Assembly (NCBI GenBank): GCA_038891615.1
Contig: JAWADY010000001.1
Location: forward strand, 64,001 to 128,000
Length of the DNA stretch: 64,000 nucleotides
Reading direction: 5' to 3'
Origin: Candidatus Woesearchaeota archaeon
Lineage (GTDB): Archaea > Nanobdellota > Nanobdellia > Woesearchaeales > ARS49
The notes beneath the pieces are model-generated. The model searched no databases. It saw only the letters and a program-made list of their open reading frames with translations, and was not told the DNA's origin. Positions 18,989-29,363 of this stretch are shown piece by piece (the stretch's first letter is position 1; each line of letters starts with the position of its first letter). Both the position numbers and the translations under genes were made by a program.

Positions 18989-21361
18989 ATGCAAAAAAGA
19001 GCACAGCTAACAATTTTCATAATAATAGGAGTTGTTTTGATTCTATCCGTAGGAACAATTATATACTTGGCAAGTCTGAGAAGGGCTCCTGTTTCGCGCG
19101 AGGTTGTTACACCAACACTTCCTGAAGTTCCTGTTGAAGTGCAACCGATAAAGGAGTTTGTAACAACTTGTATTGCCCAAGTTTCAGAAAATGGCTTAAG
19201 ACTCCTTGGCGAAAAAGGAGGCTATATTGATCCTGTAAAAGCGGGTCTCAAATTTAATTCTGTAGAGCCAACGGATTCCGAACTTGTTGAGCTTGTCTCT
19301 GGGGGACCTAAAATCCCGTACTGGTGGTACATGGCAGGAAAGAATGATTGCATAGGCACTTGCCCATTTTCATCCAAAAGGCCAAGCCTTTTCCGAGACG
19401 GCAGTGGCAAGAGTATTGAAGAGCAACTGGATGAATATATCAAGTCAAAGTTGAGGGATTGCACATCTGCTTTTAAAAATTTTAAAGAGCAAGGTTTTGA
19501 GATTGAAGAGCTTGGAGAGATAAAAGTTGAAACAAGTGTGGCTAAAAAAGGAGTGAATTTTTTTGTTCGGTGGCCCTTGCTTGTAAGGAAAGCAGGTGCA
19601 GAGTTCAGGCTTGATGAGTTTTTTGTCAGCCAACCTGTTGCCTTGGCAGATATATATGAGTTAGGCACAAAACTTGCAAATCTTGAGGCAGAATTTAACT
19701 ATCTGGAGAGAATGTCTAGAAACCTTATTGACAGCTTTTCAGACATCAACCCAGCTCTTCTTCCTCCAATTAGTGATGTGGATTTCTCACCAAAAATAGT
19801 AACTTGGCTCAAGAGCTCGGTTGCGAGAAAGCTGCAACAACTGCTTATGACTTATGTTCAATTCTTGCAAGTCATTGGAAGCAGGAACTATGTTTTTGTT
19901 GAAGCACCAGTTGAGGTTCGTGACAAAGCGCTTTTCAGAAAGAATTTTAATACGGATTTCGCAATTCCAATACCAGAGCATGGTCAAGAGAACAAGACGG
20001 ATTTTGGAATTGCTAACCTAAAAACCTATCCGAATATTGAAGCAAAATTCGCCTATCTTGGCTGGAAGCCGTACTTTGACCTAAACTGTAAGGGAGAACT
20101 ATGCCAACCCCAATCCGTTGGAACCACTTTTCCTTTCCAATTCAACATAAATAGATATTCTTTTGCATACGACCTAAGCTTTCCCGTTCTTGTGACTTTG
20201 ACAGATCCAGATGCCTATGGTGGCAAAGGATATACTTTTCAATTCTTTCTAGAAGGAAATTTGAGGAACAATGAGGCAATGTCAAGCGTATTTGAACCTC
20301 TTGGATTGGCTGCAGGAGTACCCTCGGCTTCCATGTTCTGTGATATTGAAAAAAGAATCCCAAATAACATAACTGTTACTGTTTTCAATGGAACTAACAA
20401 TAAGCCAATGCCAAATGTAGTTATTTATTTTGCATGTGGTGATGAGGCATGCGCCATTGGAGAAACTGGCGAAGAAGGAAGCTTTACAGGCTACTTCCCA
20501 GGTTGCTTTGGAGGTGTTGTTTCGGCTCTTGCTGAAGATAGTTATCCTGCTTATGCTCCCCTTGACACCTATGAGATAGGAGAACAATCAGTCAATTTGA
20601 CTGTTGAGCCTTATCGCTATGTAAACTTTGAAGTCAAGAAGCATCCTATACAAAAAAAGCCTGTTTATAGAGAAATCGTAAGAAGACCATTTTTTGGTGA
20701 GCAAGAAGAAATTAGAAAAGTGCTAACTGGCTTTAGATGGGAAACATTTAATCCTAGCAAAGACTCTGCATTGCCTTTGGCAGATGACGAGGAAGCCACT
20801 ATTACAATGACAAGACTAGTAGCAGAAGGCGAGGAACCATTTGTAGCTGTTGGAAGCTATGCACCAGGAATAAGGCAAGAAGATAGGTTGTCTGAAGGAC
20901 TAAGGCTTATCCCTGGAACCTATGAGGTCAAGATACAACTGCTCAAGCGGCCAGAAGAGGGTTTGATTATACCTCCAGAAGCGCACTGGGCTAGGAAAAA
21001 GAAGTTTCTTGGTGGTTCTGAATGTGTTGCGCGATGGTGTGTTCCTAGCGAAAAGATGGTTTTCAACGAAGACAATCCTCTTTTTGTCGGAGAGGCAACG
21101 CTTAATTGGACTCTAACAAAAGAGCTGCTTGACTCAGGCAACACAATCGTCTTTTATGTCCCATACCTTGACCTTGCAAGCTTATCAGATAAATGCTATC
21201 TTGGAGAGACGCCTGTTGGTCCGGAAACCAATTGGCATTGTGGACAATGCGTGGACACCTTTTGTGAACGAACGCTTGAAGATTTGAGCTATTTTAACAT
21301 GTACCAAGACCTCGTAGGAACGAATATCGATGAATTCATTCCAGATGTGGTGAAGAAATGA
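18989..21361 (+). CDS. Large class III (pilin-like) signal peptide protein, module 1 'A'
   Basis: MQKRAQ|LTIFIIIGVVLIL; paralog of 27366-29363. Confidence 0.7.
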   Translation: MQKRAQLTIFIIIGVVLILSVGTIIYLASLRRAPVSREVVTPTLPEVPVEVQPIKEFVTTCIAQVSENGLRLLGEKGGYIDPVKAGLKFNSVEPTDSELVELVSGGPKIPYWWYMAGKNDCIGTCPFSSKRPSLFRDGSGKSIEEQLDEYIKSKLRDCTSAFKNFKEQGFEIEELGEIKVETSVAKKGVNFFVRWPLLVRKAGAEFRLDEFFVSQPVALADIYELGTKLANLEAEFNYLERMSRNLIDSFSDINPALLPPISDVDFSPKIVTWLKSSVARKLQQLLMTYVQFLQVIGSRNYVFVEAPVEVRDKALFRKNFNTDFAIPIPEHGQENKTDFGIANLKTYPNIEAKFAYLGWKPYFDLNCKGELCQPQSVGTTFPFQFNINRYSFAYDLSFPVLVTLTDPDAYGGKGYTFQFFLEGNLRNNEAMSSVFEPLGLAAGVPSASMFCDIEKRIPNNITVTVFNGTNNKPMPNVVIYFACGDEACAIGETGEEGSFTGYFPGCFGGVVSALAEDSYPAYAPLDTYEIGEQSVNLTVEPYRYVNFEVKKHPIQKKPVYREIVRRPFFGEQEEIRKVLTGFRWETFNPSKDSALPLADDEEATITMTRLVAEGEEPFVAVGSYAPGIRQEDRLSEGLRLIPGTYEVKIQLLKRPEEGLIIPPEAHWARKKKFLGGSECVARWCVPSEKMVFNEDNPLFVGEATLNWTLTKELLDSGNTIVFYVPYLDLASLSDKCYLGETPVGPETNWHCGQCVDTFCERTLEDLSYFNMYQDLVGTNIDEFIPDVVKK

Positions 21362-24300
21362 AAAGAGGTTTTGCGCTAAGGGTGGTTGCGCTGCTGTTAA
21401 GCGTTTTGGTAATCAGTATTCCAGTTGCCTTTAGCCAGCAGCTGTCAGTTTCTATAAAAGGAAGTGATGGCATAGAAGGATTTGCCAGGTCAACAGACAC
21501 CCTAAGCATAAACGCAACAGCCTTCCTTCCAGAAAATCAAACTGCCATTTTAAGGATGTTTTTTGAAGAACAGCAAGAAATTATTCCTTGCACCAAAACA
21601 AATGAACCTGGAAATGTCTGGAGTTGCGCTACGACAATGTTCATAGGTCCTGGTGCTCTTTCTGACAGCCTAACTTTTGTGCTTTATAATCCAAAATTTC
21701 CTACAGATATAGAAAAGGCTTATGCAGTTGTTGAAAAGGCTTTTGTCGTCGATAGAGCAGCTCCTGCTGTTGTAAGCCTTGAGGTTGCACCCAATGTTAC
21801 AAAGGATTCTCTCCAAGTGAAATATGCAGTAGAAGACTATGCAGAGCCTGGAAACACATCTGTTTGTGTTGGGATAAAGGAGATAAGATTTTATGAAGGA
21901 AATACCATTGTTCGCACTGAACAGGGTGCGCGTGAGAAATGTAAAGCCTCCGGAACTTTCACTTATACAACCGAAATAAGTCCTATTACAGGCAAACATA
22001 CGCTATCGGCTGATGTCATTGATTTCTTTGGTCAAGCAAGCCAGAAGAGCAGTCCAAAAACCTTTACTGTAGACAATGTTGCTCCGTTTGTGATTCCTTC
22101 TAGCCTAAAAATTGTTGATTCCCAAGGAAATGTCAGAAAGCATGTAAGAACACCAACAACTTCTGCTGACCAGTGGGTTGGAACTGTTTTCGTAACAATT
22201 GAAGGAACAGACATTGAACCAAAAAGCGTTTTGGCAGACCTTTCAAAGCTAACTGGTGATGGCTTGAAAGGAGGCAGGGTTGAAGAAGGAAATGAAACAA
22301 CAACAACCTTTGCTTTTCCATTCACATTCACAATGTTTGAGCAGCCATGTACAATAACCTTTTCTGGCAAGGACAAAATAGGCAATGCTTTTGAGCAATC
22401 TGTTGGCTGCGGCCTTGTGCTTGATGAAAAGCCACCTATTTTCAAAGAAATTTATTCCTCAACTCTTGGCAAGCCAGAGTTCCGGCTTTCTGATGAGAAA
22501 GGAAGACCATTTGTTGGCTTTAACACGAGCCTTCATGTTTTTTTTGAAGAGCTCGACAACACAGGCGGTGAAGGTTCTGGAATGACTAATGGAATGGCTT
22601 ACTTAGACCTTAGTCAGATAGGCCTTCAAGGCTCTGTAAGGGCAACAAATTGCACAAAATCTGGGCAAAAAATTTGGGACTGCAGGTGGGACTTTGGAGA
22701 GCAGCTTCCAGTCCGTAGTGGAATTTTCAACATCACACTACTCAAAAGTACGAGTGACTATCTTGGCAATGGGCTTGCGGTTGAACTCACACGTGAAGTA
22801 AATTCAAATGTTGAATTTCCAACAATAGTTTCTGAAAAAGTACGACACATCCCGTCCCAGGCTGGTTATCCTGGTCCTGTAAAGGGAGACACACTTTTCT
22901 TTGAATTCAACATCTCGAGCCCACCAGAGTCTCCGCCAATAGGTATTGCAAACCTTTCAGAGCTAACAATGAGTCCAGAGACAGAAACTTTCTTATGCAG
23001 CTACAATGAAGGTGCAAAGCTCTGGCAGTGTTCTGTTTCTGCAAACATAAAACGCTCAGGTCCTTTTAATGCAACGCTGACTTTTGATTTTTTCAATCCA
23101 AACAGGCTTAGCTACACAAAGTCAATATCAGTTTTTGGCATTTCAAACGAAACAAATCCAAACCACTGGGAAAGTAGTGTTACCTGCGAGCCAATTATTG
23201 ACAGGCAAACTGCACCATTGATTCCAGGAGGGCCCAAGGTTTACTGCACTGTTAAGCTTAAGTCGCTTTCTCCGCAAGCTTCAACAGCTTCCATAGAGTT
23301 TGGAAGGTTTAATGATTGCTCTGCATCAAATGGCCTTGTGACAGCTGCAAAGCTTCTCAACAACCAACCAGGTTCAACAACGCCAATCTTTGCCCTTACG
23401 CTCGCGCCAAGCGAATACAGAACAAATGAGCTTGTGTTCACCTGCCCTCTCAAGATACTCTCTAAAATAAATCAAGAATTCACTGAAAATCCAGAGATTG
23501 AAAATGTCTCGATGCGAATCCGCTTCTTTAATCTACCACTAGGAGAGCTTTCCAAGAGCTATGATGAAAGAATAGCATCTGCCAAGAAAAGCGCATGTGG
23601 TGGAATACAAAAGGTTGTTGCAACGCTGACAAAATTAGTTAACACCTTTAACAAAATATGCAGACTCAAGCAAGCATTTACTTCTGTTGTTGTTGGTATG
23701 GCAGCGGTTTATGTTCTTGTAAAAGGAACAGGCGAAGCTCTAATGAAAAATCCATTTACAGCCCCAGCTGGGTTTAAGATTTTTGGTATTGGCGTAAACC
23801 TTTGCGGAGGAACGCTTGCAACAGAAGGGACATTTAACAGCATCTTCAACTTTTTGGACACAGCATGTGCAGTTGTGAACTGCCAGCATACAGGAAAGAC
23901 TGGTCTTGCTTCTTCATTTGGTTTTGCAGCTGCAATATCAAAAAGCTGGGGAGAGCTGTGCCAGCACGCAAGGGTATGGGAATATAGGGCTTTTAATATT
24001 CAAGGAGTTGATGAAAAAGAACTTGTGAGAATAGGATTTGACCTTAAGCCTCCAATTGCTCGTGATGTAAAAGACAGCCTTGTGTTGAGCACTGCTTGCC
24101 TTTGCCTGCCTGGAATCATTTATAACATAAACAAATACAACCAAATACAGTGCGACTATGTCAACTGCCTCAAGGATGCAAAAAAGCAAGGGCTTCCAAT
24201 ATCTTATTGCGCAAATGTGAAGTCAGAAGCTTCTTGCGCATTTGTTTTTGGAGAGTTATTCCAACTTCTTCCATTCACAGCCCTTTTCAACAGAATAGTA

Positions 24301-24537
24301 GGAATCTTAATAGACATACTTTCTAATCCTTTTACAGCCTTGCAGGTTATTGCTGCATATTATTGCGGGCCAAAGATATGCCCTGCGATGGGCGAACCCG
24401 CGCCTTCAACTCCATGCAGAACAATATACCTTGTTCAAAAAGTAACAGACGCAATCAACTCATTGGTAAACATCAAAAATGCATTTAACTTTGAAATTGG
24501 GACAAAGTCGTGTGATGAGGCATGCAAGGAGGAATAA
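21358..24537 (+). CDS. Secreted Ig-like repeat protein with Cys-rich helical C-terminal domain, module 1 'B'
   Basis: Signal peptide; VD..AP Ig-fold boundaries; C-terminal CLCLPG domain; ATGA overlap with the upstream gene. Confidence 0.65.
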   Translation: MKRGFALRVVALLLSVLVISIPVAFSQQLSVSIKGSDGIEGFARSTDTLSINATAFLPENQTAILRMFFEEQQEIIPCTKTNEPGNVWSCATTMFIGPGALSDSLTFVLYNPKFPTDIEKAYAVVEKAFVVDRAAPAVVSLEVAPNVTKDSLQVKYAVEDYAEPGNTSVCVGIKEIRFYEGNTIVRTEQGAREKCKASGTFTYTTEISPITGKHTLSADVIDFFGQASQKSSPKTFTVDNVAPFVIPSSLKIVDSQGNVRKHVRTPTTSADQWVGTVFVTIEGTDIEPKSVLADLSKLTGDGLKGGRVEEGNETTTTFAFPFTFTMFEQPCTITFSGKDKIGNAFEQSVGCGLVLDEKPPIFKEIYSSTLGKPEFRLSDEKGRPFVGFNTSLHVFFEELDNTGGEGSGMTNGMAYLDLSQIGLQGSVRATNCTKSGQKIWDCRWDFGEQLPVRSGIFNITLLKSTSDYLGNGLAVELTREVNSNVEFPTIVSEKVRHIPSQAGYPGPVKGDTLFFEFNISSPPESPPIGIANLSELTMSPETETFLCSYNEGAKLWQCSVSANIKRSGPFNATLTFDFFNPNRLSYTKSISVFGISNETNPNHWESSVTCEPIIDRQTAPLIPGGPKVYCTVKLKSLSPQASTASIEFGRFNDCSASNGLVTAAKLLNNQPGSTTPIFALTLAPSEYRTNELVFTCPLKILSKINQEFTENPEIENVSMRIRFFNLPLGELSKSYDERIASAKKSACGGIQKVVATLTKLVNTFNKICRLKQAFTSVVVGMAAVYVLVKGTGEALMKNPFTAPAGFKIFGIGVNLCGGTLATEGTFNSIFNFLDTACAVVNCQHTGKTGLASSFGFAAAISKSWGELCQHARVWEYRAFNIQGVDEKELVRIGFDLKPPIARDVKDSLVLSTACLCLPGIIYNINKYNQIQCDYVNCLKDAKKQGLPISYCANVKSEASCAFVFGELFQLLPFTALFNRIVGILIDILSNPFTALQVIAAYYCGPKICPAMGEPAPSTPCRTIYLVQKVTDAINSLVNIKNAFNFEIGTKSCDEACKEE

Positions 24538-24562
24538 ACAAAAAGCCCTCAAGTGATGCAAA

Positions 24563-26311
24563 ATGAAAGGAACCGTGCTTGTAGTGCTTTTAGTTGCAAT
24601 TGTATTTGTCTCAGCTTTTGTTTGGAGTGCTGCATTTGCTCAAAAAATAGAAGTTAAGCCAAGTGCAACATCAGAAGAAGCCTTACCTCCAGCAGCTGCT
24701 GGCGAGGCTGCAAAAGAACAACTAACAACTGAGCCAATGTATTTCTGGACAGGAAAAGGTTTTGATTACTGGGAACCTAGGAGGTATACTAAGGAGCAGA
24801 TTGAAAACTATTACACAACAAAAGGCATTACACCAGAACCCGTAGATGCAAGGATTGGAAGATATGGTGTTCAAAACAAAGGAAGTAGGTTGGTTGACAA
24901 GGCAACAGTAAGTCTTAAAGATGGAACACTAAGCCGTTTTGTAGAGCGTGGAACTGTTATTATAAGAGCAGATAAAAAGGTTGAAGTGCAGGACCTGAGT
25001 GGCAAAAAGCTATGGGAAGAAGAAAATGAGCAAAGCTTTAATGACAGGTTTGGCTTTGTTGGCACTGACAATGCGCCCCTCTTCATTTCTGTAATGGCAG
25101 AAAAAGGGGTTTTACTTGAGAAGCTTCCAAAGGCAACTGTTGGCAAAACAATTAGCTATGAGGACTTAGAGATATTCAGGGATTCCCAGGGTAATCTTGT
25201 GGTTGTTGAGAAGGACAGACAACTTACTGAAAGATGGAATTCTGCTGGAGAAAAGATTGAAAGAATATTTGGGCCTGAGGAAGGGCCGACTGAGGGTTAT
25301 AAATTTGTTGACAATAAAATGCAGATTTACAGCAATGGAAGATTGGCTTATACTGCTGACACAGAACTAATTAATGGAAAGAGGAGGGTAGTTTTTGTTG
25401 TAGATGGCAAGTCATACTATTTGAATGATGCCAGTGTTCTAATCGATAAAAACACAAATAAGCCAGCTGATGAAAAGACGGTTGAGAAAGTAAAAGATGT
25501 TATTGGCAAGGACAACTATGAGTTGATTGTTTCCTCAAACGCAGCAAAAGCTGGCGCTCTAACTGTTGGAGAGTATTGGAATAGCGTTTGGCGTGCTGGA
25601 GGAATTGTTGGAGTGCTAAACCAGTTTGTTCAAAACTATTATCAGTGGTCTGGAATTGGTAACCTTGGCTCGCTCTTCATCGGACAAAAGAAGCTTGCTG
25701 AGCAAAGGCAAAAGGCTGCAGAAAGTCTTTGCAAAACCATAATACTTGGTGGCACGAAGTGCTGGACATCAAAGATTTGTCAAAAAAGCTCTGACATAAC
25801 AATAGGAGGAAACACTGCAATCCTCACAACACAGAAAGGAGGGATATACATAAGGCCTGAAAAGAGCACTAGGTTTGAGTTTGTCAATGAAACAACTGGT
25901 GAGAGGATAAGCAAGAGGCTTTACAAGGTCGAGTACAGGGTTTTAAACCTGGAAAAAGAGCCAATCAGCTATAACATTGTTTTTGTTCGCAATGACAGCA
26001 TGGAGAAGAACTACTTTGCATCAGGTGACACTAATGCACAACTAAAACCAGGCGAATCAGTTGTTAGAAGTTCAACTGACCCAATAATAAATTATGCAAG
26101 TAGCGAATACATAGAAGCATGCATTGTCTTTAGCAAGGCAGTGAAAAGTAGAACAGGGAAAATGCGTCACAAACTTTGTCATCCATTCGTAGAGGTTGGC
26201 CGTGAACCAACAATTCTTGAGCTCTCACAGATTGATAAAGAAAAGGCAAGAGGGGCAGGCCCAGAAAGTCAGCCTGCTGTGCCAAAGCCAGGGACAGAGG
26301 TCTGGGATTAA
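24563..26311 (+). CDS. Secreted hypothetical protein, module 1 'C'
   Basis: Signal peptide, beta-rich middle region, Cys-containing C-terminal domain. Confidence 0.6.
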   Translation: MKGTVLVVLLVAIVFVSAFVWSAAFAQKIEVKPSATSEEALPPAAAGEAAKEQLTTEPMYFWTGKGFDYWEPRRYTKEQIENYYTTKGITPEPVDARIGRYGVQNKGSRLVDKATVSLKDGTLSRFVERGTVIIRADKKVEVQDLSGKKLWEEENEQSFNDRFGFVGTDNAPLFISVMAEKGVLLEKLPKATVGKTISYEDLEIFRDSQGNLVVVEKDRQLTERWNSAGEKIERIFGPEEGPTEGYKFVDNKMQIYSNGRLAYTADTELINGKRRVVFVVDGKSYYLNDASVLIDKNTNKPADEKTVEKVKDVIGKDNYELIVSSNAAKAGALTVGEYWNSVWRAGGIVGVLNQFVQNYYQWSGIGNLGSLFIGQKKLAEQRQKAAESLCKTIILGGTKCWTSKICQKSSDITIGGNTAILTTQKGGIYIRPEKSTRFEFVNETTGERISKRLYKVEYRVLNLEKEPISYNIVFVRNDSMEKNYFASGDTNAQLKPGESVVRSSTDPIINYASSEYIEACIVFSKAVKSRTGKMRHKLCHPFVEVGREPTILELSQIDKEKARGAGPESQPAVPKPGTEVWD

Positions 26312-26380
26312 TGGAAGCAAAAAGCTTATCTTTGTCTGAATATGAGCACAAAAAGGTCATAGAAAATAGGAGGGAAATCT

Positions 26381-27247
26381 ATGGTTAAAGCAAAAAAAGT
26401 TGGTGCAAAAAAACAGCTTGCCAACACCACAAGAAAAGGCTACTTTGCAGGACTTTTTAAATGGTTTGCGAGCTCTTTTGTTGCAAAGCCGCAACAGCTT
26501 GGAATTAGCATTGTCTATGATGCAGTCTACTATACCTTGGCAATACTTGTTGGAATGCTGTTATACCTTCCTGTAAAAAAGGCATTTTTTTCTGTTCAAG
26601 CGCTAATGAGTGCTGCTGAGTCGGTTGGCCAGGCCTTACCAGAATTAACAACAACCGCAACCCAGAAACTGCTCTGGTCGCTAGGTGCTTTTGTTGTGCT
26701 TCTACCTATTGCATTGCTTTTTATATACACTGCATTTAAAGGAATGGTTTGGGCAGTCATTATTGGTAAGCCCTCGCTAGCTGCTTTTGGCAAAGGCTTC
26801 TATTGGAAGTTTTTTGCACTCAACCTTGTTTGGTTTGTGTTTTCGCTGCCACTCTTTAGCCTTTTGCTCCTTTTTTCGCGTTATGTTGCTGTGCTAGCAA
26901 ACTCTGCAACCCTGGCTTTTGTTTTATCAATAGTGCTCATGCTTTTGTTTTTGCACCTCCTCACAACAATGCACTACAGTTTTGCAAAAACCCAGCTTGT
27001 TGGAAAGTCGCTAGCAAGCATATTCACAATTGGTTTTGGCAAGATACATAGGCTTGGTCCTGCATATGTTCTTGGATTGGTTGTTTTCATCGTCTGGTCA
27101 CAAGTCTTATGGAGAGCGATAACAGCAATTGGGCTCTCGCCATCAGCGCAGTTCGCGCTGCTAATTACAATAATAATAACCCCTGTCCTTGCATGGCTAA
27201 GAATATTTGCATCAGGGCTAATAGAAAAAGAATCAAAAGGAGCATAG
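26381..27247 (+). CDS. Multi-pass membrane protein
   Basis: About 6 hydrophobic segments; RBS GGAGG upstream. Confidence 0.65.
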   Translation: MVKAKKVGAKKQLANTTRKGYFAGLFKWFASSFVAKPQQLGISIVYDAVYYTLAILVGMLLYLPVKKAFFSVQALMSAAESVGQALPELTTTATQKLLWSLGAFVVLLPIALLFIYTAFKGMVWAVIIGKPSLAAFGKGFYWKFFALNLVWFVFSLPLFSLLLLFSRYVAVLANSATLAFVLSIVLMLLFLHLLTTMHYSFAKTQLVGKSLASIFTIGFGKIHRLGPAYVLGLVVFIVWSQVLWRAITAIGLSPSAQFALLITIIITPVLAWLRIFASGLIEKESKGA

Positions 27248-27365
27248 TTTGAAAGAAGTGATGAGGGGCAAGATATGAAAAACAAAGCCAATCTTCAAAG
27301 GATGCCAAGCGACAGGTTGGCTTTAAAAGACAAGATTAAAAAGTAAAAAGTTAAGAATTAATCAG

Positions 27366-29363
27366 ATGTCAAGAAAAAGAGGTGTTCGTGGTCAATCTCG
27401 CCTTTTAAAAGCTAAGAAGGCGCAGCTAACAGTTTTCATAATCTTAGGATTGCTTTTTGTTCTCACAGCTGTTCTCATCTTTTACCTTACAACAGCCGCT
27501 GTAAGGGTTGAGAAAGCTGTAGCAGTACCGCGAGAGCAGCGACCTGTTTATGACTTTGTCGTTGAATGCCTTAAGTCAGTTGCACATGATGCAATTGTAC
27601 AAATGGGCCAACAATCTGGCTATTTGGTTATACCAGATTCGATTGCGAGGTCTCCTGCAAGCTATGTTCCTGCTGACCCAACAGGAACTTTCAAGATTCC
27701 ATTTTGGTATTACCTCGGTGAAGATAGAAGTCCAAGTATTGGAGATATGGAAAGGGCAATTTCAAGAAATGTTGAGGATAACCTCAGAGAATGTCTTGGA
27801 AACTTCACTGCATTCAAGGATTTAAGGATTTCAGAGATAGGTAATATGAGCGCAAAAACGACAATTGCAGAAAAGAATGTTGTGGTAGAGTTGGAGTGGC
27901 CGCTTGAGCTTGCAAGTGAGAAAGGGATTGAAAGGATAACGCGCTACACTGCCTTGCTTGATGTTAGGCTTAAAGAAGCATATGACCTTGCCCAGCGATT
28001 CATGACAGCAGAAAACACGCACAAATTGCTTGAGCAGAAAACCATCGACCTCATGGCACTTAACCCAGACATTCCAATGAATGGTTTGGAATTCACCTGT
28101 GAGCAAAAGGTCTGGTTTGCAAACGATATTAAAACTATGCTTCAAACAATGCTTCGAGATAACATTCCTGTCATAAGAATAAAAAACACAGCTTACCCCC
28201 CATTTGATGAGCCGCTGGCTAACTATGAGAAATTAAAAGCATACAGCCCCCAAGACATACTTGCAAACAGAGTACCAAAGCATACCCCCGAAGATGCCTA
28301 TGAGTTCTTCAACCTTTTCTTTGAAGTTGGACAGCCACCTACAGACCTCAAAGCAACCCTGCTTTACTCTCCTGACTGGGGGATGGATTTTGATGTTCAG
28401 CCAAGTGATAATGGTGTGCTTAAATCAAATGTTGCACGAGGGGTGCAAAAATACCTTCCATTTCTTTGCATAAATCAGTACCATTTTGTTTACGACATCA
28501 TTTATCCTGTTGTGCTTCGAGTGAAGGACGAACAAGCTTTCAAGGGCGAGGGCTTTGTTTTTCAGATTGCATTTCCAGTTCTGATAAACAATAACGAAGG
28601 AAATAGAATTGCTGTCCCAATAAAAAGGTTTGAGACAAGAAAGTTCCCATTAGAGTTTTGCAAATCTCTGAGCAACCAGGTCGTTGATGTTAGAGCAATC
28701 GGCCTTGAGCAGGGCTATGTTACTGAGCTAAAAGATGTAAATATGACCTTTAGATGTTTTGACCAACTGTGTCCTTTGGGAAAGACGACTGCAGACCCAA
28801 CCGCAGGCGCAAGGCGATTATTCACCAAAATTCCCGAAGGTTGTACAAATGCCTTTATTCGCGCTGAGAAGGCAGGCTATCTTGCAAATGAGCAACAACT
28901 CACAGAAGATGTTCTTGCGCAAGACAAGGTTGTCATACCATTAACCGCTCTAAAAACAATGAAAATAAAGGTGCTAAAGCATGGCTATTATGCTCCTGAA
29001 AAAAGGTGGCTCACAGAACCAAGAGAGCTGAGGGAAGGCGAGGAGGTTTCAATCGCGATAATCGCGAGGAACAAGCAGTTCGAGCAGTTCATTGATTATC
29101 CAACCACGAAAAGTCTAGAGCTCATTCAGGAGGATTCTAACTATGACATAACGGTTATGCTGCGCCTTTTTGGAAGGATGACAGGCGGCTATGCAGCAGA
29201 GAACCTTCCAATAAGATTTTCTGACATCGATGGCAAAGAAGTTATGATAATCCATGTGTTTGAATATTTGCCGATGGCTTTTGACAGGAGCTATGACAAT
29301 GATGTGGTATCATATCTGTACCAGGGAGGATATCAGCAGATGCTGAAACCGGAGTTTGAATGA
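27366..29363 (+). CDS. Large class III (pilin-like) signal peptide protein, module 2 'A2'
   Basis: KAKKAQ|LTVFIILGLLFVL; collinear similarity to 18989-21361. Confidence 0.7.
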   Translation: MSRKRGVRGQSRLLKAKKAQLTVFIILGLLFVLTAVLIFYLTTAAVRVEKAVAVPREQRPVYDFVVECLKSVAHDAIVQMGQQSGYLVIPDSIARSPASYVPADPTGTFKIPFWYYLGEDRSPSIGDMERAISRNVEDNLRECLGNFTAFKDLRISEIGNMSAKTTIAEKNVVVELEWPLELASEKGIERITRYTALLDVRLKEAYDLAQRFMTAENTHKLLEQKTIDLMALNPDIPMNGLEFTCEQKVWFANDIKTMLQTMLRDNIPVIRIKNTAYPPFDEPLANYEKLKAYSPQDILANRVPKHTPEDAYEFFNLFFEVGQPPTDLKATLLYSPDWGMDFDVQPSDNGVLKSNVARGVQKYLPFLCINQYHFVYDIIYPVVLRVKDEQAFKGEGFVFQIAFPVLINNNEGNRIAVPIKRFETRKFPLEFCKSLSNQVVDVRAIGLEQGYVTELKDVNMTFRCFDQLCPLGKTTADPTAGARRLFTKIPEGCTNAFIRAEKAGYLANEQQLTEDVLAQDKVVIPLTALKTMKIKVLKHGYYAPEKRWLTEPRELREGEEVSIAIIARNKQFEQFIDYPTTKSLELIQEDSNYDITVMLRLFGRMTGGYAAENLPIRFSDIDGKEVMIIHVFEYLPMAFDRSYDNDVVSYLYQGGYQQMLKPEFE

